Shown: positions 25,050-39,432 of the stretch, piece after piece
Numbering within the stretch: position 1 is the first letter of the stretch
Layout: each line of letters begins with the position of its first letter
From: Octopus vulgaris
Lineage: Eukaryota
Assembly (NCBI GenBank): GCA_951406725.2
Contig: OX597817.1
Span: 62,062,001 to 62,126,000 of the forward strand
Direction: 5' to 3'
Length of the DNA: 64,000 nt
The notes under the pieces: model-generated
What the model saw: the letters and a program-made list of their open reading frames with translations, nothing else
The model's database searches: none
Told to the model about the DNA's origin: nothing
Translations under genes and position numbers: made by a program

Positions 25050-27000
25050 AGTTTAGGAATAAACATTTTCAAAACCAAAAGATACAGATCATAGGACTTG
25101 AACACTTAAAAGAAAGAATACACAATAAAAACGCATACAACAAATATACAAACAGAAAGAAAACATTTATATAAAAAAAAATTGAGAATGCAGATCGAGT
25201 AAATGGATCTAGCACATGCAAACAAATATAATAAAGGAATATAAAGATGCCCATAAACGAGATGTGTCTCTATCCACAGAAAACGGAGTAGCATATTCCG
25301 AACCAGAGTTACACAAGTAAAAGTTTGAATGAAATTATGTTTTAGAAAGATTTAAGAATAGAAAATTCTATAGATTGAATTTTTGAGAATGCCAATAGTT
25401 AGAGAATTAAAATCGATAGATCTTACTCTGGACCAACGAACGATGAAATACCAACAACAATAAAGAAAGCAAATGTGACAGTCGTGGGCATAGTTAAACA
25501 ATAATCGATCATCAATATCTCCAGCATGAATCATATAATCGATGTAGCAACTGCAGTAGTGACGAAGGAAATTAAGAACTTCCTCAAAACTCTTCATACA
25601 AAAACGTTTATGTCCAACCAAGCAACGTGAGAAAGAAACATAATGTGAAATAGATAATGATGATAAAACTAAAATGTCCTCAATATTTAATGAAATCAAC
25701 AACGCACACAGACACCAAACTAGAAAGAGTGAGAAAGGCTACAGGAAAAAATGCTAAATAACTAACTAAAATCAAAGAACCTCCTAAAACAAGAGTGCTT
25801 CACTAAATCAGTCGCCCATAATATGTGACAAAAAGCACTTTTATAGCACTTTTCATGATGCTTTTACCAAGAAGTAAGTAAACACAAAATAGAAAAGCAA
25901 GCAATCCCGACAGCAGCAAATGAGGAAGAAGAATTTGAAGGAAGAATATTAGATGGCGAATGTATCACACCTGATAAAAATCTTTGAAAACAATATAGAA
26001 GAATAACTGTAACAAGTAATAACACAAGATGTTACACAAATTAACAACAGGAAGTGGAAAATAATAGAAAGTGCAACGATGGAAAATTCCAGTTTTAAAA
26101 TAATTAAAACTTATTTCATAGGGATCTTCCTTGCCGGATGCTGGAAACCTTTGTCATGATAAAGTACAACCAGTAACAAGGAGGTATATCAGAAATGCTA
26201 AGAACAAATATCAATTCTGTATAAGATCAGAACTCAGTCCCACCCGTATAAGAAACGAAACTTTACATTCATCATTCCATTTATTGATATTATCTTTACA
26301 GCATATGCTAAACCGACTGGAATCTGATAAAAATACTATGTACGGACAATGCAGCATTTTTCTGCTTTATTTAATTCAAGATATGAATGCCCTAAATTAA
26401 TATGCTGTAGATGATAAACAGTTGGAAACACTTCTACAAATAGTAGTCGGATACAGTAAAAAAATGAACTTGAAATTCACTTCAGAAAATGCACCAGGAA
26501 AACATTGGAGAGAGGAACATTAATAAAAATCATTAACGTCACCATACATATAAAAGCAGTAATAAGACAATTAAACCAAAACCATACTAGCAAATAATTA
26601 GAGATTAATGAACAAGACAGAGCCGTACAGACAAAAATGAAAGAAAATGTTAAGATGGAATGATATAGACGCATTTGATTAAATATCTAAATCATGCCTA
26701 AACTTAAGAATAAGGTTATATGTATCAATGCTCTAGTTATAATTTATATAATATAATTAACACTAAATTACTGAATTAGCATGTACAAAATGTAGGAAAA
26801 TTTATATAAACAGCTAAAAATGTCAGCAAAGCAAAAGAATTCTCCAAAATATAAATCAGAGGTTGAGGTTACAGAAAGTTGCGTAGAGAAAGGAGAAATA
26901 TCAACGAAAGCTGGTATAAATCAAATCTAAAGTGAAATTATGGTTACCGTATTTCAGTATAAGAAGGGTAAGAAACGCTCTATATCATTGAGACCTAGCA
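25050..27000 (+). pseudogene. Heavily decayed Dong/R4 LINE (N-terminus + RT remnants)
   Basis: A-rich coding-like remnants; RT-like atgaatgccctaaattaatatgctgtagatgataaac (YMDDLKLYA-like) at ~26385-26420. Confidence 0.45.
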
Positions 27001-27147
27001 GTATTAAAAATAAAACGACAAATGGACGAAAAATTGACTATTAAGGTACAATGTTCAGTGATGAGATTGACGTAGTTTCGATTGTGATACATTACATTTT
27101 TTTGTGAGAACCTACCCTAAACTTATAATGAATATTAAACATAATTC

Positions 27148-27345
27148 CGGTGGTGAGGTGGCAGAATTGCCAGCACGCCAAGCAAAATGCTTATCAGGAT
27201 TTCGTCTGCCTTTACGTTCTGAGTTCAAATTCCACCAAAGTGCTTTTCGTTGTCGATAAAATAAGAACCAGTCGAAAATTAGGGTCGATGTAATCGACTA
27301 AACCACTTCCCTCGACAATGCTAACTTTTTATCAAAATGTGAAGC
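27148..27345 (+). mobile_element. SINE family A
   Basis: Consensus match. Confidence 0.7.
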
Positions 27346-27599
27346 TAATATTTAACATAGCTATAAAGAAACAATCAAGCACACTGTTTATGACTGTCTA
27401 GTTTATATTGAAATATACTAGTAAACAAGAAAATCTATACTAAAAGAGACTAAAATAAATATTTAAATTTGTTTCAGTTATTAATTAATGTTTAATGTTA
27501 AGTACAGTAACTACATGTAACGTGATGTAATTAATGTCTGGAGAAATTTGAATAGACTTATGTACATAAATGAAGATTAAACGAAAAGTAATTAAAAAG

Positions 27600-27960
27600 T
27601 CGGCATAAACTTTTTATTAACAGACGTATGTCGTTCAAATTGTGCATGTTAGTAGAGTAACACTTTCTTTATATTCACTGCAGTCTCAAAATACTTTTGA
27701 GACTGCAATGACTATAGAGAAAGCGTTACTCTAATAAACGGTCCAAATGAAACATTATGCATTTGGACTGTTGCTAAATCCTAATCTTGAATCCTCCTTG
27801 AAAAATTTTAGGTTTGCACTGTTATAGACCGTAATTTATTGGACGAAGCAGAGAGAAGCTGGAGGGTCTCAGATCCGAGCTATACGGTGGATGGAGTTCC
27901 ATTGATAAGTTCAAGTTGCCGATTGTTTGATTTGTGAGGTCGTCATGACTTTCTCTATGG
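27600..27960 (-). pseudogene. Mariner transposase C-terminal remnant
   Basis: LHPPYSSDLRPSSFSLLRPI, equivalent to the mariner HPPYSPDLAPSDFxLF motif. Confidence 0.7.
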
Positions 27961-28221
27961 ATTGCTAGATCGTGATCGTTGTAGGTCTTGGAGAATAGAT
28001 GTGGCATCATACCAAGATCAGAGCCTTCGTTTCCGTAGTAGCATTGTGTATATTAATTGATATTAAGGTCTTTAGTATTAATTGCTAAATGAGTTTTAGA
28101 CTTTATTTGGAAGTTTAATAAATAAATATATTATTATTAATATTAATTAATAATTTGATTTAAAGCATATAGTTTAAAGTGTTGTATTTAGGTTTCACTT
28201 AATGTATACTCTGTATCTTAT

Positions 28222-28299
<78 letters not shown>

Positions 28300-28319
28300 A
28301 AATTAGGAATAAATCCAAA

Positions 28320-28427
28320 CTTAATTATTTTATTATTGTAGTTATCTTTAACCTGATGAGTGGCTATATTTATATTGAAGTCATTTACTACTACTAATAT
28401 TTTTACTATAATCATTTCTCTAATTTA

Positions 28428-28468
<41 letters not shown>

Positions 28469-28610
28469 GAATATATTTATTTTTAAAATATTATTTATGT
28501 ATATTTATTAATTATTTTATTATTGTAGTTATCTTTAACCTGATGAGTGGTTATATTTATATTGAAGTGATTTACTACTACTAATATTTTTACTATAATC
28601 ATTTCTTAAA
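28320..28610 (+). repeat. ~100 bp tandem duplication separated by (TA)n
   Basis: ttaattatttt..aacctgatgagtgg..ataatcatttct at 28321-28418 and 28507-28606. Confidence 0.9.
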
Positions 28611-28789
28611 TATACCCATGAACCACGTACGTTATTCTACCAAATATATACGTTTTATTTATTATTTTGCGCATTACTTAATCGTTATATCTTTTATCTT
28701 ATATTTAATATTTCTATTATATGTAATTTTCTAGATGGTGTAATTAAAGTTTTCATTTTGAATTGATAAAAGGTGGTTTTTTTCTAATT

Positions 28790-28822
<33 letters not shown>

Positions 28823-29029
28823 ATAGTTTTGCTTTTGGTTTGTAGAATTTTTTATGTAAGTTAGTGTGTTGGAGCATATTTTGTTGTTCCTGGGGAGTCT
28901 TATTCTCTTCTTTTTCGTGCCTTATTATTTAACACACTCACTGGTTCCGTTTACACTCATTTAATTCGTTGTTTTTCGTTACATCTTGCAAACTTTCTAA
29001 TAGTCGTTGACTCTGTTCGTTCTCCGCTC

Positions 29030-29195
29030 GGAGCAGTTCACCATAAGTGACCGATAGAATAAGTACAAGGCTTAAGAAATATAAGTCCTGGAGTCCTTTT
29101 GTTCGACTACAACCCTAGAGGCGGTTCGACCAAAACCCTCAAGTATGGTCGCACAGAAATGCCTGAAACAAGTAAAAGAATAAAACAATAAAACA
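29030..29195 (+). mobile_element. SINE family B 3' part
   Basis: gaccgatagaataagtac..aataagtcctgg..tgcctgaaacaagtaaaagaataaaa. Confidence 0.65.
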
Positions 29196-29759
29196 ATGTA
29201 TGTACCCAAGTGCTTTTCTCCTTTTTCTCTGTTCCCATCTTACTATCTTTCCTCTTTTTCCTCTTCTCTGGACTTTGCTCAATTTTTACCACGAAGGACC
29301 ATGCCCGAAACGTCGTACTTTTACTTTTAACTTTCCCTCGAAAACTTTCATCGACCGAGAAATTGATAATATTCACTGTGAACCTCCCTTTGATTTTCGT
29401 CAATTTTTTTCTGAATTCGCTTTTCGGTATCGGTTTGCCTGTATGTATGTGTGTGTGTGTTGTAGCGAGATAAAATTAGATATGGAGATAGCCATTCTGT
29501 ATGTGAGTGGGGAAGGGAGAGAAACTGAAAAGAGATTTGGATCATCCATAGACTGGAAATGATACTAGCTTTATGAAATACCGACAGAAAAATTATGATA
29601 CAGGTCTCTCTCTGACACTGATTTATTGACCAGACCCTGGTGTATGTCACTTCACACAGACAGGAATATCAAGTGTATCGTACAGATAGTATTGTGAAAG
29701 ACCACGTGGAAAAGTAATATTTCCTAATCTATGTTTCATTTCGGCAATGTATCTCTGAT

Positions 29760-29990
29760 AACAATGGCGAAATTATTCAAATATACTACTCTAGAAATAG
29801 ATATCCACTGAATGTGTGCATCGAAGGCGGATACGAAACCACCAAATGTTTTACGTGAAATAAAAATAATGATGTATCAAATACATATCCAAAACTCAGG
29901 ATTTACATACACAATGTATAGAAAAATAGCACCAATAGGTACAGCACAAATATTATTTAGAGTTTTAACATTAATTACAAAGCCTCACTG
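29760..29990 (+). pseudogene. R4/Dong C-terminal fragment
   Basis: KIAPIGTAQILFRVL* resembles the QKxxLLGTAxILRRVL end of R4-clade ORFs. Confidence 0.5.
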
Positions 29991-32529
29991 CGGGATAAAT
30001 ATGAATGTAAACTTATTCTTTCTTTGCTAACGAGAAATACTACAAATGAGTGAGGGTGTCTACTAACAGACAGTTTCATGTTTTATTCACCACTCTTTCG
30101 AGAAAACTTATGCATCTTCATTCTTGATCAGTAACCTAGACAGGCTGATATATAAAGCAGTCATAGATTAGGCTAGGGTATTAATGGATAGCCTATTTTG
30201 CACAAATATGCTAATTAGATCTTACATTTTCATAAAAATAGTAATAAACAAGCAGTCGTAAACTTAACATTATGTACTTCAGCCACTGTCTTTTACAGAC
30301 ATATATGCACTCATACGCATACAGCATACAACTTCTTGCATGAAACCCCGTATATCTTTCCCAAAACTTTCGAAATTGGTATGGAAATGCCATTGTGATC
30401 TCTTGACGAATATACAACGTATCTATTATTCAGTCACTCATTATAAACAATAACATGTTGGCCAATAAATGATCCCCTCCTCAGTAAGGGGCTTCGGCAC
30501 TGAAGCAACCAATACTACAGGCTCCGATGTCTTTCCGTTTGTATTTTTCAACCTTTTGCACTGTAACTTCTCTTACCCCATGGAATCTCGTTTGCAATCT
30601 CATTTGCATTCAAATCCAACAAGATGACTTGGCTGTCAACATAATGCAAACCCCAATTGAACAATTGCGAGTATATTCGCAAGAAACCTTTGGTTTTGTA
30701 TTTAACAAAATTCTTCATTATCCAATGTGGTACTAATCACTCACATTTTAATTCGTTTCTAACATATATATATGATAGATAATATACATTCATATAGATG
30801 TTATATATACTTGTCGCTATGTATACGTGCGTGTGTTGTAAATGCGTGCGCGCGAGTATGTTTGTTTTTATTATATTCTTTATTATTTTGTAATATCTCT
30901 GTATTTAATAACGCATTGTCAACAATTGTATAATTTTTTTCAATATTGTATTTCAATCGATATTGTAACTTGCAATACAATAGAAATTTGCTTGTAAATA
31001 CAATGACAATATATCTTACTGAATTGAATAGGATTGAATTAATATATTCTGTCGGAACTCATTTCAGTTCAGGTTCTGTTAACGTGAGAAGCAAAAGAAA
31101 TGTGAGAATAGGAAGAAACACAAACTCAATCACGTATTGATGCTTATACTCATACTAACGCACACACTCACACACACGCACACACTCACACACATGCACA
31201 CACTCAAACACACACTCACACGCATATATATCTCGTATATACCAAAATTATTACCAATCCTATATATGTATGTGGGAGCCTGTGTATGGTTGAAGGATCT
31301 TATAGAAATAGCAGCTACATTTACCAATAAACCACAGCTACCATCTTAAGAAAGTGCACAAAAATTATGAGCCAATAACGGTGCCTCGTCATAGGTGATC
31401 GACCTGTTTGAGATTGGATTACAGATTGCTACCCCTGTAAAATATAATGGCATGCTGGAAAATGTTTCTGTAAAAAAAGCCGGTTATTCACGGCAAAAGC
31501 GCTTTCTTTTTTTACAGTTTTCTGAGGTCAAAGCTGCCTTGGATCAAACTACAGCAATGAAGACACATAGGATAATGTAGTCTGATTTAAATTTTTGCTG
31601 GAAAACATTTGAATGTCTTTGCTTTGCAGTTACGAGAGTTGTATGGGAAACTGATCGCTAGTTTGACATTTCGGGTTAATTTTCCCATTACCAGCAAAAT
31701 AACAAAGACCTCTCTGCAGAACACAAAATTTCTCTACCAATAGTCGACTATCAGTTTATCCCAACTGATTTTCCGTTCAGTAGTTTTGTAACAACTATCA
31801 GCGAAGTTTCACTGATAGTATGTTTTGAGACAGACGCTTGTATAGTACTCACACCGGAGCCCGTTTAGCTACATATTTGCATTCCACATTTTTACATTCC
31901 ACCTCAAAGCATTATTTACATCCCACATGCCTCCCCGAAATAACTCAAAATCGTAATGAGGAAGCATTTAAGGCCATTGTGGTATGACCTTTTATGTTGC
32001 AAACTTGTAACTAATCATTCTACGTTTCATTAATTTCTTACATTAAGGGACTTTTAATTTACTGTTCGCAACGAGAGCTTAAGAGCAAAATGCTTATCTG
32101 TGAAGTATTGCTCTATTATCTGAGACGGTGCTGATGTTACACAGACAGATATCCTAAATGCTGTCGTGCATGTGTGTGTATATATATGTGTGTGCGTGTG
32201 TATGCGTCTGTGTGCACGCGCGCATGTGTGTGTGTGTATGTGTGTGTTTATTTCCATGACAGATTATATTTACTCTTTTTTTCAGTATTTATCCACCTCT
32301 AAATTTCTCAATTCTCCAAAAGGAAAATAAATAAATACCAGACTCAGTTAAGTACTGGGTTTTATAGATCGATAACTGATACATGCAAAACAATTAGAGA
32401 TAGCATGTGTGTCTCTGCCACGACAGGATTCTACTACATGTCATATACTATGTATTAGATATCCCGATACTCAATGAAAGAAGGGTCTTGCCTATCATGA
32501 CGTGCTGTGGGGCAGAATTCCGTGAAAGA

Positions 32530-33255
32530 GTTAAGTTAAGTTAATTTTTTGGCTCAAAAAGCAAAAGCAAGGCCATGTAGGGGGACATGGAGTTATGTAC
32601 AGGGAGAGTGTTCATGCAAAGAGTTCAGGCCATTTCTGGTCAAGAGAGACTTTGAACCGAGCGGTCGTCGGCATCTTCACTATCTCGTCCGGCAGCTTAT
32701 TCCACGGATCCGCAACCCGGACGGAGAAAGCCCCTCTCCTTCGATTGAGATGAAATCATCGCAGATAGAGCTTTTCGGAGTGACCCCGCAGCCGACGCTC
32801 TGGAGCAGGAGTAAAGAACAGCTCTTTTGAGAAGTTACACTTTCCGCTTATGATGTTGTGAGCGAGAATGAGATCACCACGGCGGCGTCGTTTTTCGAGA
32901 GAATAAAGGTCGAGCATCTTCAGCCTTTCTTCATAAGACAAATGCTTGAGACCAAGAACCATGCGAGTAGCCAGCTTCTGGACTCTTTCGAGATGCTGTA
33001 TGTCTTTGAGGAGATAAGGAGAAGAGGCGTGAATCCCGTACTCCAATATGGGTCTCACCAGCGTGACATAGAGCGGTAGGAATATGGCTGCTGTGAGCAT
33101 TCCGAATGACCGTCGAATCAAAAACAGAACTCCGCGTGCTTTGTTGGCAGCATGGACGTATTGGGCCGAAGGCGAAAAGGAAGAATCCACCAAGATACCC
33201 AGTCCTTTACCTGGTCGGTCTTCTCCAGTGGCAGACGACCCGGCTCGAAATCAAG
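32530..33255 (-). mobile_element. CR1-clade LINE, 5'-truncated
   Basis: LYVTLVRPILEYG..SPYLLKDIQHLERVQKLATRMV..SYEERLK..RRRRGDLI..RGHS.KL..FSVRVADPWNKLP; (TTAAC)n tail. Confidence 0.92.
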
Positions 33256-34084
33256 TTGAGTTGCAGAACATGAACACATGGTAGAGAATCAAATGTCTTA
33301 AGCACATAATTATGCTTCTATGTCTACAGATACACAAGCATACGCATAATTGTTTCGGTGAATAAATTACATACCATTTTATGTAAATTTCCCGTTACTG
33401 CAAGTGCAGACAAACTAAACTGTAGGGCAATTCTTCATTCGATTAAATAGAATGAACAATTTGCACCTTTCTGAAGAATGAGCTAATTATTCTGAGCATC
33501 ATATTCTACTCCAGACAAAGAAAAATCTCATTAACTGCACGATTTTCTTTAACAACAGATTTACTGTCAAATTCAATTTTCCTGTCTGGATCATTTTCAT
33601 CCAGACGTCCGTGAGGAAAAGCTTCATATTACCATATTCCATATAAAACCATATGAATATGTATGAATACGTTTTATATCAACAGTTAATTCGAAACTTA
33701 GGATATACAGCCATTCATCGATTGGTGAAGAGAAAAATCTTCTCAAACTCTTCGAATTAACTACAATGATATAACCGGTAACAAAACGAAATCGATGAAA
33801 GCTTTAGAAGATCAATATTGTAGTTTGTACAGAATTTTCATGCCTTTAAGCTCTCATTCATAATTTATTAATACGAGTGTCTTGAATTGATTAAATATGG
33901 AATAATATTTCACCACTCTTTTATATTTACTAGCATCATCATTCTCTTCTCGATATTTACCTAATTCATATAATATTTCTCCTATACAACTAATCGAGAG
34001 AGAGAGAGAGAGAGTGTGTGTGTGTGTGTGTGTGTGTGCGTAGGTGCGTGCCTAATGCGCATGTGTATTTGTTGACGTCCGTAT

Positions 34085-34490
34085 CGTTTATCGTTTTATC
34101 GTTTATCGTTTAATTGTCTTGGTCGTCGGACTGCAGCCAAACTGGGGCACTGCTTTCAAAGGTTTAGTCCAACGAATCGACCGCATAGATCGACCGTTTG
34201 GTATACATTTCTACCGGTCTCTTGCCGAACTGCTAAATTGCGGGGACATAAACAAACCAACACTGGCTGTCAAGCGTGGTGGATCATAAACACATCAAAC
34301 ACATACACAAACAAACACGCATATACAGCAGATTTCCACACAGTTTCTATCTACGAAATTCACTAACAAGGTATTGTTTGACCCAGGTGCATAGCAGATG
34401 ATACCTGCCCAAAATCCCATGCAGAGGTACTGAATCAGAAACCATGTGGTTTCAAAATAGGTTTCTTAACCACACGGCCACGCTTACCTC
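34085..34490 (-). mobile_element. SINE family B, old copy
   Basis: Diverged match to 40143-40564. Confidence 0.7.
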
Positions 34491-34944
34491 TTTATATTAA
34501 TTAACGTTAGATTTCTTCTATGACAACACACATTTATTGATTAAAGTACTCAATACTGGCGGCAGTTTCAAATATATAACACACACATATAAATATACAT
34601 GCATATACGCAGGGTGTGAATGTGTTTCCCTTATCGAATTTAATGCAAACACTAAGTATTATGTGTGTAAGTTTGTGTGTATGTGTTTGTTTGTGCTTAG
34701 GTATCACGTATTCAGATGCTCTCCATAGGTCTCAGGTTAGCCATTTATCTACGTTTATACACGCAGGTCTGAGCAAGAATTATGTGGAAAGATACCAGTT
34801 GTTTGTTCATGCAAATCTCTTCTGTCCGTGCCAAGGATGTTTATCCAAGAAAAAGGCCGCCGCTTCAGATTGTCACTTTAGAAGTATTTAATTCCCTCTA
34901 AATTGGAACTGAAAATTTATCGGCAATATGATAAAGTTAGAGAC

Positions 34945-35272
34945 GGGCGATGAGCTGGCAGAATCGTTATTACGCCGGGCAAAAAATGCTAAGCGACATT
35001 GCGTCTGCATTTACGTTCTGAGTTCAAATTCTACCGAGATCGATTTTGCCCTTCATCCTCTCGGGGCCGATAAAATAAGTATTAATCATGTACTGGGGTC
35101 AATGAATTCAATTTACCCCGTCTTCACGTTCTGAGTTCACATTCCGCCGGGATAGACTTCGTCTTTCATCCTTCGGGGTCGATAAATTACGTACCAGTGA
35201 AACACTGGGGTCGATGTAATCATCTGGTCCCCTCCCCCTAAATTTCAAGACCTTATACCATCAGTAGAAAGA
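34945..35272 (+). mobile_element. SINE family A with internal tandem duplication
   Basis: acgttctgagttca..cttcatcc..ggg.cgataaa..ctggggtc occurs twice. Confidence 0.8.
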
Positions 35273-35429
35273 AATTAAATACTTCTTAAAGCATTAACAA
35301 GAATCAACCGTTGTAATTTCTAACTTAACTGTCTTTGAGTGTGTCTGCATGTATCAGCTCGTGTGCGTCTATGCCAGAGTATGTAGCTTTACTACATTTG
35401 TTCTTAAGCAGTATATCTTCTTGATTTAT

Positions 35430-36030
35430 CATTCTAACAACAGTCTAGCTAATATCTTACTTGATGCTAAATCTGGTTTCAGATTAGATTGAAATGCCGC
35501 AGGCACTATTACTGGATGAGGAATGCTGTAACGAATCCTCGTCTGAGTATAATAAATCTCTCCCCTCACTGTAAATCCTTTCTAGTGGACATTGCAACAA
35601 AATTTTGATCACTCCCCATTCAAAGAATGCATACAATATATTTGCTCTTGAAACTGATGGATTTGATAGGTTACAGGTTTAAATATACAAAAGGATAGTC
35701 CCAATATGCGTGTACTTTGAGATGGCCGCACTGGCTACTATCGCTTGACTTCTATTTATTTGGGAATCATGTATCCACCTGTTAGTTTTCCAACTATACC
35801 CTGATCAGGCATCTTTTGGGATAGATTTTATCGAAGGCCTCCATAAAATCAAAATATCACAACCACATTTGTGTGGTTGAGCAATTGCTTCAGCACCCAG
35901 TTGTAGATTTGCGAGGTATCAGGCAGCTTTTTTCTGGTGAAAAAATCATGCTGGGTGTCAATCAATAAGTCATATTCTTCGAGGAGTGTGATTATTTTTC
36001 TTCTGACTATTCGCTCATGACACCCTCACT
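35430..36030 (-). pseudogene. CR1-like reverse transcriptase remnant
   Basis: Minus strand LIDTQHDF (QHGF-like) and YFDFMEAFDK (DFxKAFD) motifs. Confidence 0.6.
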
Positions 36031-36246
36031 CATTTTTAGCATTTCATTAGCAAAGAAAGAATAAGATTTACCCCGCCCACGAAGTGCTGGCATTGCAGCA
36101 AAATTTGAAACCACTATGATAAACTTAGAGGAACTAAACGGGCCATATTATTTGAAGAAATGCAAAGTGTAAAGTTAAAGAAATTCATATTGATATTTAA
36201 ATTAGGACCAAAGATTTCATTATATAAAATAAAATATTTCGTTAAG

Positions 36247-36357
<111 letters not shown>

Positions 36358-36869
36358 TTTTTTCTCTGTTAGATAATATACGTAGTTATCCTTTCTATTT
36401 TACAGCAGTTACCATGCAAAAATAGGCGAATTATTTGCTGCTAAAAGTAACACTTGAACATTTAAGTAGCCATACGACATAGAACTAAAATTAAAATCAG
36501 TAGTAATAAAATATAAGATAGAAATATGAAGGAAACTTGTCAAAATACAGTGATTTAAATCTCTAAAATATATATAATGATATTTAACATAGTTATTAGC
36601 AATGACAACAAAATATTCTCCTGCAAATAGTACTATAATTTAGGCTTGTTATGGAAATTTTCTATCATTACATTTGTCAAACGTATTTTACATATGCATG
36701 TTAGAGTCAGAGCGATTATGTGTATGTCTGTACGTGTGTGTGTGTTCGCGAGTGAGGGTGCACATACGAAAGAATTGGCTGGATAACATAAGTACGGCAT
36801 TCTCGCTTCCAGGAAATATATATATAAGTAAAAAAAAAAAGAATACCTACATAAATATATATATATATA

Positions 36870-37805
36870 CTAGCAGTATCGCACGGCGTTGCTCGGGTCT
36901 GTTTCGACCCTTTAGAATTGGAATTTTTGAAAAGTAAAAATTTTGCATTATGTAGCTGGTTAGTCTCTTTAAGTGAACATTTTTCTGGTTAAAATACACC
37001 GAAAACTGGCGACACAGCAGTCAAAAAATCGTAAAAAATAGGGATTTTCATAAACTAAAAGCACCTTTTTTATGTAAATAATTTTTGGTGTTAACATGGT
37101 CCGATTTGAATTTTTTCTTCTACGATCTTCATCGATCTTGCCTAATCTGGAAGAAATAGCAGCCAAATCAGAACTAACCATAGTAAATTTCTTCCCAAAA
37201 TTGCATATGAATCAACTTCGTACTATGTATATATGTGCAGCATGTCTTCGCCTCAATTTGAACCCGGACTGTTTGTTTTCCAATTCAGGAAATTTTCATG
37301 AACAAGATCCGGATCATCCAAACTGAGTAATGACGTCACGAAAAATCTCATCGACGCCCACCAACTAGACATCAATTTTATTTAATAATATCACCAAAAT
37401 TACTGATGAGTAAAATTATTGAGGATTGCAAATAAGTCAGGATTTGATTCAGCTGAATGAGTATATATAAATAGAACAAACAGCAGACAATCATAGAATC
37501 AGAGAGAGGGATAGAGAAAAGTTTTGACCTCAGTGCAGGTTTGGTACTCATTACTCAACCCTAAAAGGATGAAAAATAAACTTGACCTCTGTGTGCACAA
37601 AATCGGAAGAATTACCTCAAAGCAATCTGTTTTAATTTCTAATGACTCGGCCAATTTTCCACTCTATCCATGATATACTGAGCAATCAATGATGATTGAA
37701 CTGCCGTTTCGTCATACATTAATTTGATCAGTAACTTTGATCAATTTTGGTCAACTTGCGCCGCAGGGTCTCGGAGGAGATAGTGTTAGTTGCAGGCTAC
37801 CAAAA
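36870..37805 (-). mobile_element. Non-autonomous Helitron, same family as 21-746
   Basis: a|ctagcagtatcgcacggcgttgctcggg is the 3' hairpin + CTAG. 36890-37125 matches ~160-380 and 37735-37805 matches ~62-130. Confidence 0.8.
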
Positions 37806-37899
37806 GGTGGTGAGGGGGGAGTGGAAGAAAATATAACACAAATTAACTTCACCTATACCAGCTCCTTCCATTGAGAGAGCATCCAACTGAACGTCTGAC

Positions 37900-38180
37900 C
37901 TGCTAGTTAAACAAAAAAGGTACAGTAAGTCTGGAGATCTAGACTCGAAGAGCGGGTTACACGGTTTCCATAGCGGATAAAGGCCGAAATCATACACAGG
38001 ACACCGGTTCATCACTTCATTACTTATTGGTCTAGATCACAGCTGAGTGGACCGGACCAACGTGAAATGAAGTTTATTTTCTATTTGCGCGAGACACAAC
38101 TCACTGCCCAGACCGGGACTCGAAGCCACGATGTAGCGATCGTGCGGGGAACACCCTAACCGTTAAGCTACGCGCTTTCA
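37900..38180 (-). mobile_element. tRNA-derived SINE, degenerate
   Basis: Minus head gcgcgtagcttaacggttagggtgtt..ggcttcgagtcccggtc. Confidence 0.55.
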
Positions 38181-38768
38181 CCCCGCTCTCCTACTTTACT
38201 TTCGCTCGACCCCCAAACACGTTTTCACTCGCTTTCGCTCTGCCTACAGAGAAAAGCATCCAAATTTCCCTTTAAGGAAATCATAGAGTCTAATGAATAT
38301 CTTAAACAAAGAGAAAGACTTTATTATAGAAATTGTCATTCTACTTGCATTATTCTGTAGAAGAAAAAAATGTAATGAAGGGTTGGTCAAACCGTTGATT
38401 GAGGTAAAAAACAAAAACGCATGTATTCTCCTCAATCAGGGCTTACCTGTGGCTAAACAACAGAACAACAACGAAAACAACAATCGCTCTAACAATACCA
38501 GCAGTTTAAAACATCACACACACACAAAAAAAGAAAAATACGAGAATAAAATTATAAAACTAGGCAAATAAGAATATCGGAAATTCCGCTTCGTTTGCAT
38601 GATTAAAACATTAAGTCTTAGTACTGATGTTGTGTCTTTTGCTATGGATTTAATGCCCCTTGCGCTTGAATTTTAAAGCATTTAAGTAGCTTTTGACACA
38701 AAGTAGTATTATTTGCTACCAGCTTTAAATTCATTTACTATCATTCTTTTACTTTGAATTATTTTATA

Positions 38769-38827
<59 letters not shown>

Positions 38828-39323
38828 GCAAACTTTTCTCTAATTCTGATGTATGATGAATTTCTTTCTTGTCTCTGTTTTATATTTTTATGTTTATGTT
38901 TTTATTTTGATTTAATTTAATTTATTTTATTTATTTATTTATTTATTTATTTTTTTGCAAAATGTGTCTCAGCAAATAATTTGTGTCTATTATCGATTAA
39001 TTCACCGTAATTAGAGTCTGTTTGATTTCATCAATCTATATAAATCATCTGATTGCAAGAATGATGATGAAGAAGGAGAACAAAACCAACAATAACAAAA
39101 CGACTTTGATGGTGGCGGAGATCCTGATGAAGATGTTAGTGGTGAGCTGAATGAGGTGAAATTGAAGGGAGAATGCGTGCGGAGAAAGAAGGAAAGAAAG
39201 AAGGAAGGAAGGAAAGAAAGAAAGAAAGAAAGAAAGCCACAAACAAAAGGTGGGAAGAAGAAAAGTAGTAGTAGTAGTAGTAGTAGTAGTAGCATTAGTA
39301 GTAGTAGAAGAAGAAGAAGTTGA

Positions 39324-39354
<31 letters not shown>

Positions 39355-39398
39355 TGTGGTGGTGGTGATGATGATGATGATGATGATGATGGTGGTGG

Positions 39399-39432
<34 letters not shown>

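Noticed and set aside
27676-27712. Palindrome tgcagtctcaaaa-tac-ttttgagactgca
   Set aside because: Lies in a mariner remnant; probably a local template-switch, no function supportable
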